The notes beneath the pieces were generated by a model that saw only the letters and a list, made by a program, of their open reading frames with translations, did no database searches and was not told the DNA's origin. From the human T2T-CHM13v2.0 reference genome, Homo sapiens, in the NCBI RefSeq assembly GCF_009914755.1, contig NC_060934.1: a stretch of DNA of 64,000 nt. One strand, given 5' to 3'. The first letter of the stretch is position 1, and each line of letters starts with the position of its first letter. Made by a program: the position numbers and the translations under genes. Shown here piece after piece: positions 17,038 through 37,385 of the stretch.

Positions 17038-19422
17038 TTTTTGAGACAGGGTCTTGTTCTGTCACCCAGTGCAGTGGTGTGATCCTGGTTCACTGCAGCC
17101 TTGACCTCCTGGGCTCAAGTGATCCTCCCGCCTCAGCCTCCTGAGCAGCTGGGACTACAGGCACACACCACTGCACTGAGCTACTTTTTTGTATTTGTAG
17201 AGATGGGGTTTCACTATGTTGCCCAGGCTGGTCTTGAACTCCTGAGCTCAAGCTTCCACCAGCCTTGGCCTCCCAAATTACTAGGATTACAGGCGTGTGC
17301 CACCGCACCCAGCCTAGAATTTCTAGTAGGTTTTTTACAAAAACAAATGAGTTGGGGAAAAAAGAGTGAACAGACATATGGTGTGTGCCAAAATGTATAC
17401 TGCAGGAAAACATCTTGAAGTCTCAAAAAGGGTGACACGGTGGGGAGTAGGGAATGTATTCATAATACAATAAGTTACAGAAGCCATTTGCACCCAGGTG
17501 TGGTGGCTCACACCTGTAATCCTAGTACTTTGGGAGGCTGAGGTGGGAGGATCACTTGAGCCTGGGAGTTTGAAAACAGCCTTAGCAACATAGACAGACC
17601 TGGTCTTTAAAAAAAAATAAAATTATAGTAGCTGGGCCCTCTGGTAACATGCGCCCGCAGGGAGTCCCAGCTACTCAGGAGGCTAAGGTGGGAGCTTGGC
17701 TTGAGCAAAGGAGACTTCAAGGTTACATTAAGCTACAATGGCACCACCACACTCCAGCCTGGGCCAAAAGACCAAGATCTTGTCACAAAAAAGCAGCTAC
17801 CTGCTTCCAAAAATAAACCCACTGCACCAGAATAAAAGACCCCTCTCTGCAATGAACTTTAGACTCCCATAAGACTGCACAGCCTATACTTTGTTTCTTA
17901 AGTTTTCACATCGCTCTTATCAGCTTGAAGTTTAACGCCATTTTCACTTGCTTTCTCATTTTTTGTTCAATAATCTAGTCAACGAATTTAAGAAACTGAC
18001 ATTTTTAAAAAAAACTATTCTCATATATGTATCCCCGATCTCAGGTAAATTAGAGAATTTGAATTTCTGAGTCCTTCATGACTAGGCAAGCCCATCGTGT
18101 ATGAATACTAGACAAAGCTAGAACCAACCAGCCTTTACACAAATTATCAAAACATTGAGAACAAATTTTTTGGCTGTGTGCAGTGGCCCATACCTACAAT
18201 CCCAGCACTTTGCGAGGCCAAGATGGGCAGACTGCTTGAGCCCAGGAGTTCGCAGCCAACCTGGGCAACATGGTGAACCCCGCCTGTACAAAATACAAAC
18301 AGATCAGCCAGGTGTGGTGGCATGCACCTGTAGTCCCAGCTACTAGGGAGGCTGGGATGGGAGGATCACTTGAGCCCAAGATGTGACCGCACCACTACAA
18401 TCTACTGTATTTGCTGACTGCTATATAATACATTAAATCCTGCCTATGTCCTGACACTGCTATAGAAGACACAGGCATGGAAGAATAATTAAAAAGGGGA
18501 TACAGTTATGGCAGATGCATATCAATTAACCCTCTAGCAACTTTCTTGACACCTCCTGTTTACAATCCCAAAGAGAGCCAGTGAGTTGGATCAAGTTTGT
18601 AATCCCAGCATTTTGGGAGGCCAACGTGGGAGGATCACTTGAGCTCAGGAGTTCAAGACCAGCCTGGGAACACAGCAAGACATCATCTTGACTGAAAAAA
18701 AAAAAAAATTTGCCTGCAGTGAGTTATGATCACACCACTGCACTCCAGCCTGGGCAACAGAGCCAGACCTTGTCTCTCAAAATAAAAAGTTCCGATATAT
18801 GCTACGACAAGGATTAACCTTGAAGATATTACGCTAAGTCAAATACACTAGACACAAGGTGAAAAATATCTTATGGTCCTATTTAAACAAAAGTATGTAT
18901 GTGGGCAAATTCATAAAGACAGAAAGAAGGATGAGATGTTATCAGATGCTGGGGGAAGGGGAAATGGGGAGCTACTGCCTAATGGTTGTACAGTTTCTGT
19001 CTAGTAACGAAAAAGTTTTGGAAATGGTGGTTTTGGAAATGGTGGTGAGGGTCACAATGACACTGTAAATGCAGTTAACACCACTAAACTATACCCTTAA
19101 TGACGGTTAAAATGGTAAATTTTATGTCATGTATGTTTTAAGTGCTTAAAAACTAGATCACAGGTACAAAGTTCTGATGTCAGAGAAGTATCTGAATCTC
19201 ACTGCAAAATGCTCTCTAAAAATTTTTAAATGGATGCATTCTAATCAAAATAATACTTGGTACTATGATGACAAAATACTATTTTTGGTTCAGACAGACT
19301 TTTATCAAATAAAAGAGAAATATCTTGAGATAAAATTTTTCTGAAGGCTCAGGACTACTTGGGGATCTTTCTCTTGATGTCACATTATTCATTATTTTGG
19401 TAACTATACACTTACATAATTA

Positions 19423-19752
<330 letters not shown>

Positions 19753-20532
19753 CTATCTTCTATTTCCCACCGTCAGAAAATAGCAGTTATAAATAAAGGG
19801 GAAAGGCAAGCATTAATCCTGTGGTAATGAGTTGTAATCAAAGGTATCATTTACAAACTCATGGTTTTGAATACACAAACACACATATACATGCAGATAA
19901 AAAGATATAAACATAGATGTTTGTGTATGCATGGTTGAATATACATATATTTCTAGCTCTGTTCACTGAGAAGGGCCTAGGAGGAATGACACCACAGTGG
20001 CAATGGGCACACATAGAACTTAGATCTTGGTTTCTAAATATCATTCTCCAAAAAAAGGAACCAGAGCTCCTCCTTGGAAAAGTGATTGATTCCAGGGCTG
20101 AAGCAGGAAAAATACAAGTTGAACCTAGAACACCTATGATGTCAGAAAATAGAAGGTGCTTTCCCCCCACAAAGAGGGTGGGGGCATATCGAAAGGACAC
20201 AAGTTAAACTAAAGGTCAAAACTGGAACAAATCAGAGCAACAAAATAATGAATGATAGGATTAGATTATAAACCATAGGCGGGTCACAGTGACTCATGCC
20301 TGCTGTAATCCCAACACTTTGGGAAACCAAGGCAAGAGGACTGCTTGAGCCAAGGAGTTCAAAACCAGCCTGGAGCATAGCCTGTACTTTCTCTCCTTCA
20401 ACTGAATTAAAACAAGGCTGAGATATTTTTAAAAATTTACATATGGCAAATCCATGTTTCATTCTTTGAAAAGCAACCTACAATAGAGAAAGACTAAGTC
20501 ACTGAATTAATAGATGTAACTAACATTATTTA

Positions 20533-20691
<159 letters not shown>

Positions 20692-20694
20692 TCA

Positions 20695-20802
<108 letters not shown>

Positions 20803-21769
20803 CTACAGCTTGGGTGACGAGTGAAACTCTGTCTCAAACAAGCAAACAAGACACAGTATCAGTCTGAATTTTTAATTCTCCAGAATAACAAAGCTTAAAG
20901 CAAAAGGAAATATTCCACCTCTCCTCCTCCAAAAGAAAAATCAACAGGGTTCAAGGCACCCCGGAAGTTTCTACAGATCCAACACCACAATCTTAACCTA
21001 ACACTACTACTGTCTCAAAACTTTTAAGAATCAAAGGGATTGTCTCCAATAAGCCTTTCCCAATGAAAAGCCAAATATAAAGTACTGATATAGAAATCTA
21101 TACATTCTTAAAGGTAACCCAAAGATTATGCTAACTGCAATATGACAGATACGTTACCAGTAAGATTCAAACCCAGGCACAGAGCCAAATCACTCTGAAT
21201 AGATATTGTGATTAACTGATTACTGAGAGAGGGTTCAGTCATACATCTCATAGATCAATAACTTGTTATAAATCTCATAACATTCCAAATCGCTGCTTGT
21301 TTTTCCAAGATTTAACATGAGCCAGTCATAAGTCCTCATAATATTAAGATTCTAGGGCTGATCCTGTCATCAATTTACTTAAAAACAACTGATAGTTGGA
21401 CAGGCCTGGTGGCTCACACTTGTAATCCCAGCACTTTGGTAAGCCGAGGCAAGTGAATCATGAGGTCAGGAGTTCAAGACCAGCCTGGCCAACATGGTGA
21501 AACCCCGTCTCTACTAAAAATACAAAAAAATTAGCTGGGGGTGGTGGTGGGCGCCTGTAATCCCAGTTACTTGGGAAGCTGAGGCAGGAGAGTCTCTTAA
21601 ATGCCAGAGGCGGAGAATGCAGTCAGCCGAGATTGTGCCACTGCACTCCAGCCTGGGTGACAGTGTGAGACTCCATCTCAAAAAATAATAATAATAAAAA
21701 ATAACTGGCTGGGTGTGGTGGCTCACACCTGTAATCCCAGCACTCTGGGAGGCTGAGGCAGGCAGATCA

Positions 21770-22090
<321 letters not shown>

Positions 22091-22420
22091 TCAGGAGATC
22101 AAGACCATCCTGGCTAACACGGTGAAACTCCATCTCTATGAAAAATACAAAAAATTAGCCGGGCATGGTGGCAGGCGCCTGTAGTCCCAGCTACTCGGGA
22201 GGCTGAGGCAGAATGGTGTGAACCCGGGAACCAGAGACACAGCCAGACTCTGTCTCAAAAAAAAAAAAAAAAAAAAAAACTGATAGTGCATATGAAACAT
22301 TGCTTTCAATCACAGCCAGACATTTTTCCAGAATACACAAAGAACAGGCAGATAAGGTAGAACACAAAACAAACAGTGCAAACTTTTGTAAAGTCTCACA
22401 AAAAGAAACAGCTTTTTACA

Positions 22421-22590
22421 GCGAGGGAGGAAGGGCATAAGGGTTGAAAAACGGTTGGGTACTATGTTCAGCACCTGAGTGACGGGATCATTGTATCCTA
22501 AACCTCAGCATCACACAATATACCCGGGTAACAAACCTACGTGTGTACCTCCTGAATCTAAAATGAAAGTTGAAAAAGATAAAAATAAAG
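22421..22590 (+). mobile_element. L1PA-type (L1PA15/16-like) 3' fragment
   Basis: gggttgaaaa..gggtactatg..gtgacgggatca..aacctcagcatcacacaatatacc..gtaacaaacct..ctaaaatgaaagttg. Confidence 0.8.
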
Positions 22591-25506
22591 AAACAAGCAG
22601 CCTGGCCAACATAGTGAAACCTTGTCTCTACTAAAAATACAAAAATTAGCTGAGAGTGGTGGAGGGCGCCTGTAGTCCCAGCTCGGGAAGTGGAGGCTGC
22701 AGTGGGCTGAGATTGAGCCCCTGCACTCCAGACTGAGAGACTCTGTCTCAAAAAAAAAAAAGAAACAAGAAACAAGGCCGGGCACAGTGGATCACGCCTG
22801 TAATCCTAACACTTAGGGAGGCTGAGGTGGGAGAATTGTTTGAGCCCAGGAGTTCGAGACCAGCCTGGGCAACACAATGAAACTCTCTTAGTTCTGTCAC
22901 CCAGGCTGGAGTATAGTGGCTCACTGCAGCCTCCACCTCCTGGGTTCAAGTAATCCTCTCACCTCAACCTCCCTAGCAGCTGGGATTACAGGCCTGCACC
23001 ACCACACCTGGCTAATTTCTGTATTTTTTGTACAGACAGGGTTCGCCATGTTGCCCAAGCTGGTCTCAAGCTGCTGGGCTCAAGTGATCCACCCACCTCA
23101 ACCTCCCAAAGTGCTGGGATTACAGGCCTGAGCCACCGTACGTGGCCGGAAACAGCTTTTTAAACAACTCCACACCTGTAGGTCAAAAACTTAACGAGAC
23201 CAGCCTGGCCAACATGGTGAAGCCCCATCTCTACTAAAAATACAAACTCCAGCCTGGGTGACAGAGCGAACACCATCTCAAAATAAATAAATAAATAAAT
23301 AAATGAACTTAACAAGGGCAGGGACCAAATCAGAAAATGCTGCAGTACTCCACAGTTTTATCCTCTTTCTACATTCTCTGTGTTCTCATCCTATTTCATA
23401 ACTTAACTACTATTTAACACTCTAAAAAATACAAATGTCAAAGTAAAGTGTACTACTGTTTCTGCAAAGTGGGAACAATATTTGCTTATATGTCCACAAA
23501 TATTTTTTTCCAAGGAGATCTAAGAAACAGCTAACAATGTTTGGCTCCAAGGAAAGCTGGATGACAAGGGTACAAGAAGTGGAGGGAGATTTTCATTCTA
23601 TTCCCTACTGACAATTTTATATTTTGGTTTTCTGTTTGTTTTAGAGACAGGGTCTCACTCTGTCACTCAGGCTGGAGTGCAGTGGTGCAATCACAGATCA
23701 CTGCCACTTCCAACCTGGTCATCTGGCCTCAGCTTCCCAACAGCGGGTACTACAGGCGTGCGCCACCACGCCTGGCTAATGTTTTTTAAATTATTTTTTG
23801 TAGACATGGGGTCTCACCATGTTGCCCAGACTAACATCTTAAATTTTGAGCCATGTGAATACAGTTTTTGTTCAAAACATTAGTATACCAATAAATAAAT
23901 GCTGATGACTCTCCATATCCATTTTCCTCTCTTCACTAGAACTTAAGTTCCATGAAGCCAGAAATTTTTTAACCACTATATCCACACATCTGGTTTAAAG
24001 CTGGTGCTTGAGAAGCCCTCGTTGGATGGCTGAATCACTCCTTAACCTCTAAGTTCCACACTTATTTCCAATCACCTACTTCTCACCTCCACTTGAACAA
24101 CGAAATCCAACTTAACATGTCCAATCCAACCCCATCCCATACAACAGCCTGCTTCCCCCAACCTCTTCTTCATCTCAGTACACAGCATCATCATCCTCCA
24201 GCAGAAGCCAAAAACCCAGAATTGACCCATCCCAACTGCATGCTCATCCAAAACATGACAATTTCAATAAGTATCTTCAACTCCAAAATAAATCTCAAAA
24301 CGTTTTCACTTGTACCTTAACCCTCCACAGCCACTGCTCTTCTCACTGGTCTCCTTGTGTCTCTCTTCTCCAATCAACAGTCTGATTCTCAATCAGACCT
24401 CTCAGTTTAGAAGAGTTCCAAAAGCCTTTTAATGTATCTAAGAACAAAAGCCAACATGATCCAGCCCCTGGCTAGGACCCACCTTTAATCTCTTACTAGG
24501 GTCCACCTTAAGCCAATTTCAGTTTGTTCAATCCAAGTTTGATAGCACCTCAGGGTTTTTCCATTTGTTCCTCCCTAAAATAGGAAAACTGTTCCCTCAG
24601 AATTTCAAACTTCACCTCAGGAAGTTCTTTTCTGGTTACAGTATCTGAAGTAATCTCCCAATCACTACCACAACTCCTTACCTTATTTCCCACACAGCAC
24701 TTATTCTCTGAGATTATTTCTTATATACTGTCTGTCTCTCCATCCCAAGCCAGAAGTGACACTCCAAGAGGATAGAAATTTAATGGGTTGGACAGGTGTG
24801 GTGGCTCACGCCTATAATCCCAGCACTCTGGGAGGCTGAGGAGGGCGGATCATGAGGTCAAGAGATCAAGACCACCCTGGCCAACATGTTGAAACCCAGT
24901 CTCTACTAAAAATACAAAAATTAGCTGGGCGTGGTGACGTGCGCCTGTAGTGCCAGCTACTCAGGAGGCTGAGGCAGGAGAATTGCTTGAACTGGGAGGT
25001 TGCAGTGAGCCCAGATCGTGCCACCGCACTTCAGCCTGGTGACAGAGCGAGACTCCGCCTCAAAAAAAAAAAAAAAAAAAAAAAGAAATGTAATGTGTCT
25101 TGTTTACCCTTGTAACCTTAATGCCTGCAGCCCTGCTTGACAAATAAACCAGGTGCTTAATAAATATCTGTCAACTGCCAGACAACGCAAAAATGACTTT
25201 AAAGAAGGTCCATAACGTTTAATCTAGTGACAAACTGGTGAGGGTAAAAGACATGGATAATCTTCACATTTATAGAACACTGAAAGCCACCAGCAAGGAT
25301 GGAGAATGAAGAGTATTTCAGATGCAGGAGAACATCCAAATACTCAAAAAGCAATTGAAAAGGAATTTTTCCCACGCTATGTGCATGCACATTGTAGAAA
25401 TGTTCCCCCAACTCATAAACAGCAATTGAAAAAAACAAGTAATTCAAAACACTGTGGGCTGGGCGCAGTAGCTCAGGCCTGTAATCCCAGCACTTTGGGA
25501 GGCCTA

Positions 25507-25905
<399 letters not shown>

Positions 25906-26741
25906 TTAAGCGATTATTATGTAGTCAGTTGTCAATCAGATCAAAGTGATTATTTCCGATACTTTACTACGAAGGTAGGCTTGGCCAGGTCTAGTTCAAA
26001 GACGTTTATGTTGAACAGTCACAATCTATAGCGAACGTTAATATTTTGCATCTTATCTTCAAAATTTAAACGCCCAGGGTACTGGCCTTCAACTGTTAAT
26101 ATTAATCCATGGGGCAAAGATGTGGACTTAACATTAATAACAGTCTGCAATTCACAGATGTTTTATTTGCATGCACGTAATGGTAGGGAATGGTCCAGAC
26201 TCTCTAGAGGGTAAGCAAGTGCTAGAAAGCGTGTGAGGATCTTATTTCACCAGACCCTAAGGGTTGAGACAAGAAGTCTAGCATGCACGTAGGATACTCC
26301 TCCCCAAAGCTATCAATCTTTGCAGTCTGCGGAAACAAAAGTGAAAACACTCGGGGTAAGGATGCATGAGATGCCCCCCCCCACACACACACACAAACAC
26401 ACAGAGTTGTGTATTCGTGTGAGCACGTAAATATGTAGAAGAATACACGCACTCTCACCTTCCCTCCTTCGAAGGAAAATGGGGCCGCGGGAGAGGCGGC
26501 CAAGATCGGGTTGGGGAGGCCCGGGATCCAGTCCAGGGGGTGGCAGGGCTTACGGGTCAGCGCTCTGGGGAGCCGAGGTCACTTACAGGATACCATCTTC
26601 CCGGGCCTCCCCCTTTCATCCCTCTCCCCACACCTCGTCGCCCCCAACTCCTCTCCTCCGCCCCAGCCCCGCCACCCATTAACCGGGAAGGGAAGTTTCC
26701 CGGCGCCTGCAGCCCGGCTCCCCGACCCTCAGCGGGGTTAC

Positions 26742-26925
26742 CTTCTGCAGAAGCAGGGCAAGGGGCAGGGGACAAGGGGAGGGGGAGGCAGCCCGAAGGA
26801 GTGAAAGACGAAGCCCCGGCGAGGAAGGTGGGCGGAGGCGGCGGCGGCGGCGGCTGTCAGCTCGCGTTCCCCTGCTCACAGCGCTGCCATTACTGTGCGC
26901 CGAGGCCGCCTCCCCGGCCGGCCGC
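26742..26925 (-). other. CUL2: CUL2 non-coding first exon (donor at 26742/26741; TSS approximate)
   Basis: Donor CAGAAG|GTAACC inside the CpG island; contains a GCC repeat and a short uORF. Confidence 0.7.
26831..26854 (-). repeat. Interrupted (GCC)n/(GGC)n trinucleotide repeat in the CUL2 5'UTR
   Basis: Plus strand GGC GGA (GGC)6. Confidence 0.9.
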
Positions 26926-26992
26926 CGCCACCGGCCCCGGAGACGCGGGGGGTGGGGAGCGAAGCCCGGGGAGCCCGCGCGCCGACACTCAC

Positions 26993-27200
26993 CTGTCTCC
27001 GCGAGGAAAGACAGCAAAGTCCAAGGCCGCCGCCGCTCCCCGGCGGGACAGGGGCGGTAGGGAGGGGGGGAAAGGGGAGAAGGACGGGCCGATCACGGGA
27101 TCCGTAAAACAATCGTCCTCCTCTGCCTCCGGCTTTGCCCAACACACACCCTCCGGTCTCCTTCTTCCGCTGCTGCCAAATCCCCCCCGCCACCCGGAAA
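26993..27200 (-). other. CUL2: Alternative CUL2 non-coding first exon (donor at 26993/26992; TSS approximate)
   Basis: Consensus donor ACAG|GTGAGT inside the CpG island. Confidence 0.72.
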
Positions 27201-28080
27201 GCAATGGTACAGGCCGCGTTACGGCAAGCGCAGGGAGCCAAGCTTCGTGTGATTGCGAAAGGCCACGGAAATTAATATTCCAAGTGATTCCTTGCTGGGC
27301 TTGCTGTCAATGAGGCAATTGCGGTTCGCTGAGCTGATGGACACAGTACCCACCCACTACCCGTTAGTTCAGGGACTGCTAATAACAATATGTTGGAATG
27401 GTGCTTTCAACAGAAGTATGTTTTCCTTGTTTCAGACCTATGTGAATATCCTAAGACACCACAATCCTCTTGCCACACACTTCCATGGGCTTTGCAAATG
27501 ATCAAAAATAAATTAGCAAAACTACTTTTCCTCTCTGACAAACTCTTTTTCTTGTTAGTTTTTATCTACAGAGAATTTCTTGGACATACATGTATTTTCG
27601 ATAAAGAAACTTCACATCTTTTTCACTAATACCCCACCTTCACCAAGCCCCAAGCCTATCAGTTTGAAGGGTTTTCCTCCCTTGGAGTTTTAAACGGTAA
27701 AGCTGATAAAAATATAGAATTACTCATCACCTCCTCATATATGCAGGGCCACAGAGGAACAAAAGCCCGGCCTTAGTGCTTTTTGCCTTTCATATCCTCA
27801 AGAGCTCACCATCAGGGTCTTGTTCATTTATACGATTCAGCAAGCTTTTCCCTCCCATCCCTTCCTTCCAAACTGCACGAACCCTTCAAGGCCCATTTAA
27901 AACCCTGCCTCCAGACCTGATCAGTCCCTAGAGCCTTCCTCCTCTTCTAATCTGCTTCTCTTGGTACTTGAAGTCTCTACTCTTTATTTCAGTAAAGGGT
28001 TTTTATATACGAAATTCAATCCAACAGTATGTTTCCATTATGTGACCTTTTTTTCCTCCCATGTTTTCCCCCTTTTAATC

Positions 28081-31147
<3,067 letters not shown>

Positions 31148-31781
31148 CTCTAACTCATGAAATTCCTTCACTCTCATCATGTTCCTCTTAACTCTGGTTG
31201 GAAATGTGATCGAGCGTGAAGGGTGCCAACCATGAATCACTATAACAGCCCCCTTTATTTCTAAATTCCAGAGATTGCCCCCACCTCTTGACAGTTTACC
31301 CAAACTCTACAGTAGGGAAATAATATTCGTAAAATAGTTATTAGCATCCAAGCCCTTAATATCAAAGTGAAATTACTTCTTTTCCAGAAAAAAAAATTCT
31401 TTCTGGGTAACCCTTTAAGTTACCACTTTTAGCATTAGTTGGTCCTTACTCCCCAAACAAACCTCAAATCCTAGTTCATCTATGATTGCTTTCCTTGTTT
31501 TACTTTTTAGCTAATGCTACATTTTACAAAACTGTGTTTTGGCCTTGTATGTTTATTTAATTCCTTTATAATTGTTTCTGACTTCAAAAGTAATGTTGGC
31601 GGGGCACAATGGCTCACACTTGTAATCCCAGCACTTTGGGAGGCTGAGGCTGGTGGATCACTTGAGGTAAGGTGGATCACTTCGAGACCAGCCTGGCCAA
31701 TATGGTAAAACCTTGTCTCTACTAAAAAAATACAAAAATTAGCTGGGCATAGTGCTGCATGCCTGAAATCCCAGCTACTCA

Positions 31782-31982
<201 letters not shown>

Positions 31983-32060
31983 TCACAATTTATTTCTATG
32001 AATATGATTAAATATATTTTTATACGTATCAGAACATATAATATATATGCTATTTTGTAG

Positions 32061-32303
<243 letters not shown>

Positions 32304-33299
32304 TAGTAGAGACAAGGTTTCACCATATTGGCCAGGCTGGTCTTGAACTCCTGACCTCAAGTGATCCACCCGCCTCAGCCTCCCAAAGAGTTGAGATTAC
32401 AGGCGTGAGCCACCAAGCCCGGCCAGTTATGTCATGTATTAAACATTTTTCTACCTTTTATTTTGGGATACCCCTAGATACTGTACAACAGTTTTAACGT
32501 TTGGAGTGGCTCATTAAGGAGCTATTTTGAGGCTGGGCGTGATGGCTTAGCCTGTAATCCCAGCACTTTCGGAGTCCGAGGCGGGTGGATTGCTCGAGGC
32601 CAGGACCTTGAGACCAGCCTGGCCAATATGGTCAGACCCTATCTCTACTAAAAATACAAAAATAAGCCTGGGCTGGTGGTGTGTGCCTGTAATCCCAGCT
32701 ACTCAGGAGGCTGAGGCAGGAGAATCACTTGAACCTCAGAGGCAGAGGTTTCAGTGAGTTGAGATCTTGCCACTCCAGCATGGGCAACAGAGTAAGGCTC
32801 TGTCTCAGAAAAGAAAAAAACAAAACAAAACAGCTATTTTGAGCTTACAAAAGTGCGAGTCTCTTTAAAGAAGTGGCTGACGTGATGGCCGGGTACAGTG
32901 GCTCATGCCTGTAATCCCAGCACTTTGGAAGATGGGGATAGAAGGGTTACTTGAGGCCAGGAGTTCAAGACCAGCCTGGGCAACAGAGCAAAACCCTGTC
33001 TCTATGAAAAATAAATACAACAAAATAGCAGCTGGGTATGGTGGTGCATGCCTGTAGTCCCAGCTACTCTGGAGGCTGAAATGGGAGGATCACTTGAGTC
33101 CAGGAGGTCATGTTTGCAGTGAGCTGTGATTATGCCACTGCACTACAGACTGGGTAACAGAGCCAGACCCTATCTTTAAACAAACAAATAAACAAAACTG
33201 TATAGGTTAAGAAAGTAAGGAAGTACTAAAAAACAAAACAAAACAAAATCTGCTTCCATAAGAGTATTTCAAAGGGGCACAGGAGCCAACTGAGAGACA

Positions 33300-34053
<754 letters not shown>

Positions 34054-34218
34054 TCAAAAAAAAAAAAAAAAAAAGAACTTACAGTGGTGCAATCTGACAA
34101 ATACCCTTCAGTCAGGTGATCAAGCCCAGTATTAACAATGTACCCTTGGCATGATGTGCTGAGAATGGCACTTTACCTCTGTGATCATCCTCCCCAAACC
34201 CCTAAGCCCAGTCTATCA

Positions 34219-34533
<315 letters not shown>

Positions 34534-35199
34534 TTAATTAAATAAAATTAAATAAATAAATAAAAGAACAAAAGTACAAGGTCTTTAATCGGAAAAGCTC
34601 AGAACTCATATCATATTCTGTGGGTGATAGTGGTACCAGATGAACAGGTTATATCTTTGCCTCTCCTAGACAATTCTGGTTGAAAGCTATTTTAAAAGGA
34701 AATATAAAAAGTATTCTTTTTTAATAAAAAGAAATTACCAGTGGATCCTTTATATTTCTTTGCAGTCACTTTTAGACAGGTAATTTAATAAGCTAAAAGC
34801 TGCACTGAAAAAGAACTCATTTTGAGGAAAAGCCCACTATTTGAGATAGATAACTCACTATTTGAGATAGATGATGCATTTATGATTTCTCAAAATTGGG
34901 AATACAGAGTAAATCTGGGTAATGGATTGCAAGGACTTATACATGACATGTGAAAGAAGGGGAGATGACATTTTTCTGAACTGTTACATCATATTAAAAA
35001 TACCCCAGGCACGGTGGCTTACACCTGTAATACCAGCACTTTAGGAAGCCAAGGCAAGAGGATTGCTTGAGGTCAGGAGTTCAAGACAAGACCTATTTCT
35101 ACCAAGAAAAAAAAAATGTGTGTTACCAAGAGCAAAATATGAATTGTGACCCACCCAGATAAGGATGATGACAAAGAAGATGGAAGAACTTGTAACTTA

Positions 35200-35532
<333 letters not shown>

Positions 35533-35824
35533 TCATTTGAGAAGATAGGAACAAAGAAAGCGAACAAGTCAAATGTGGTAAGTCTGGAGGGAAGCTAATT
35601 CACAGAAAGAACAAATGGACTAAAAGACGTAGTTCCTGGGCTAAGGAAGGTGGTTGATCAATAATATTAACTTGGGCTGGGTGCATTGGCTCATGCCTTT
35701 AATCCCAGCACTTTGGGAGGCCGAGGAGGGCAGATCACGAGGTCAGGAGATCCAGACCATCCTGGCCAACATGGTTAAAACCTGTTCTTCTAAAATACAA
35801 AAAAATTAGCTGGGCATGGTGTTA

Positions 35825-35950
<126 letters not shown>

Positions 35951-36511
35951 CTAAAAAAAAAAAAAAAAAAAAAATTAACTTGTACCAAGTGGTTCCTGAA
36001 TACTGGGTTTGCTCAACATCAGTGTTAGAAGTAGAAACTACCCAAGATTATACAACCAGATTTCTAAAATAGCATACTTAGACTTAGCGAGGCTGAGGCA
36101 GGTGGATCACCTGAGGTCACGAGTTCAAGACTAGCTTAGTCAACGTGGTGAAAGCCCGTCTCTACTAAAAATAAAAAAATAAAATAAAAATTAGCTGTGT
36201 GTGGTGGTGCATGCCTATGATCCTAGCTACTTGGGAGGCTGAGGCACGAGAATCGCTTGAACCTGAGAGGCAGAGGTTGCAGCCTGGGCGACAGAGCAAG
36301 ACTCCACCCAAAATAAAATAAAAAAATAAAATAGCTTACTTAGATATGGATGGCAAGGTTAAGAATCTGAGCTAAGTGTCAATGCCTTTTCCAATAAATA
36401 AAATATGTGTTAAGTAAGCCAAAAGAAAAAAAGAAAAAAATGGACTTTTATTAACCTTATGGTTTACTTGACTAGATCTCTGTGGGCAAGTGAATAAGAC
36501 TAATATACTAA

Positions 36512-36682
<171 letters not shown>

Positions 36683-36994
36683 TAATATTTAATAAAATAT
36701 TATATAAAATAAAATAGTCTGGCATAACACCAACCTAAAAAAAGGTTAGCAACATCTTGCTTCCAAAAAGACATCTTTTGCTATTAGAAATAAAACAAAG
36801 AAAAAACATTCACAATATGAACTCTTAGATCAGAGTATGCACCAAACATTCCGCTAGAAATAAAAAAGGATAAATCTGCTGGGCCTTTTATAACCTGCAC
36901 TACATGTAACAAGTTACTCACTTGAAGACTACATCCTCATCACATTTCTCTTATTAGAAAAGATTGGAGGCATGGCCCCTATTGCACTGTTTTA

Positions 36995-37385
<391 letters not shown>

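Larger units (their letters stand above)
26460..27330. promoter_or_regulatory. CUL2: CpG island / CUL2 promoter
   Basis: Very GC- and CpG-rich, non-repetitive, with GC boxes, ETS-like CCGGAA and clustered minus-strand donors. Confidence 0.92.

Noticed and set aside
26540-27313. 257-aa plus-strand ORF and overlapping ORFs in the CUL2 CpG island
   Set aside because: Low-complexity P/G/R/A content expected from stop-poor GC-rich DNA; no recognisable domain.
34834-34872. Short tandem duplication cactatttgagatagat (similar ones at ~4945-5005, 5112-5140, 31652-31682)
   Set aside because: Ordinary slippage duplications; no CRISPR-like repeat-spacer structure.
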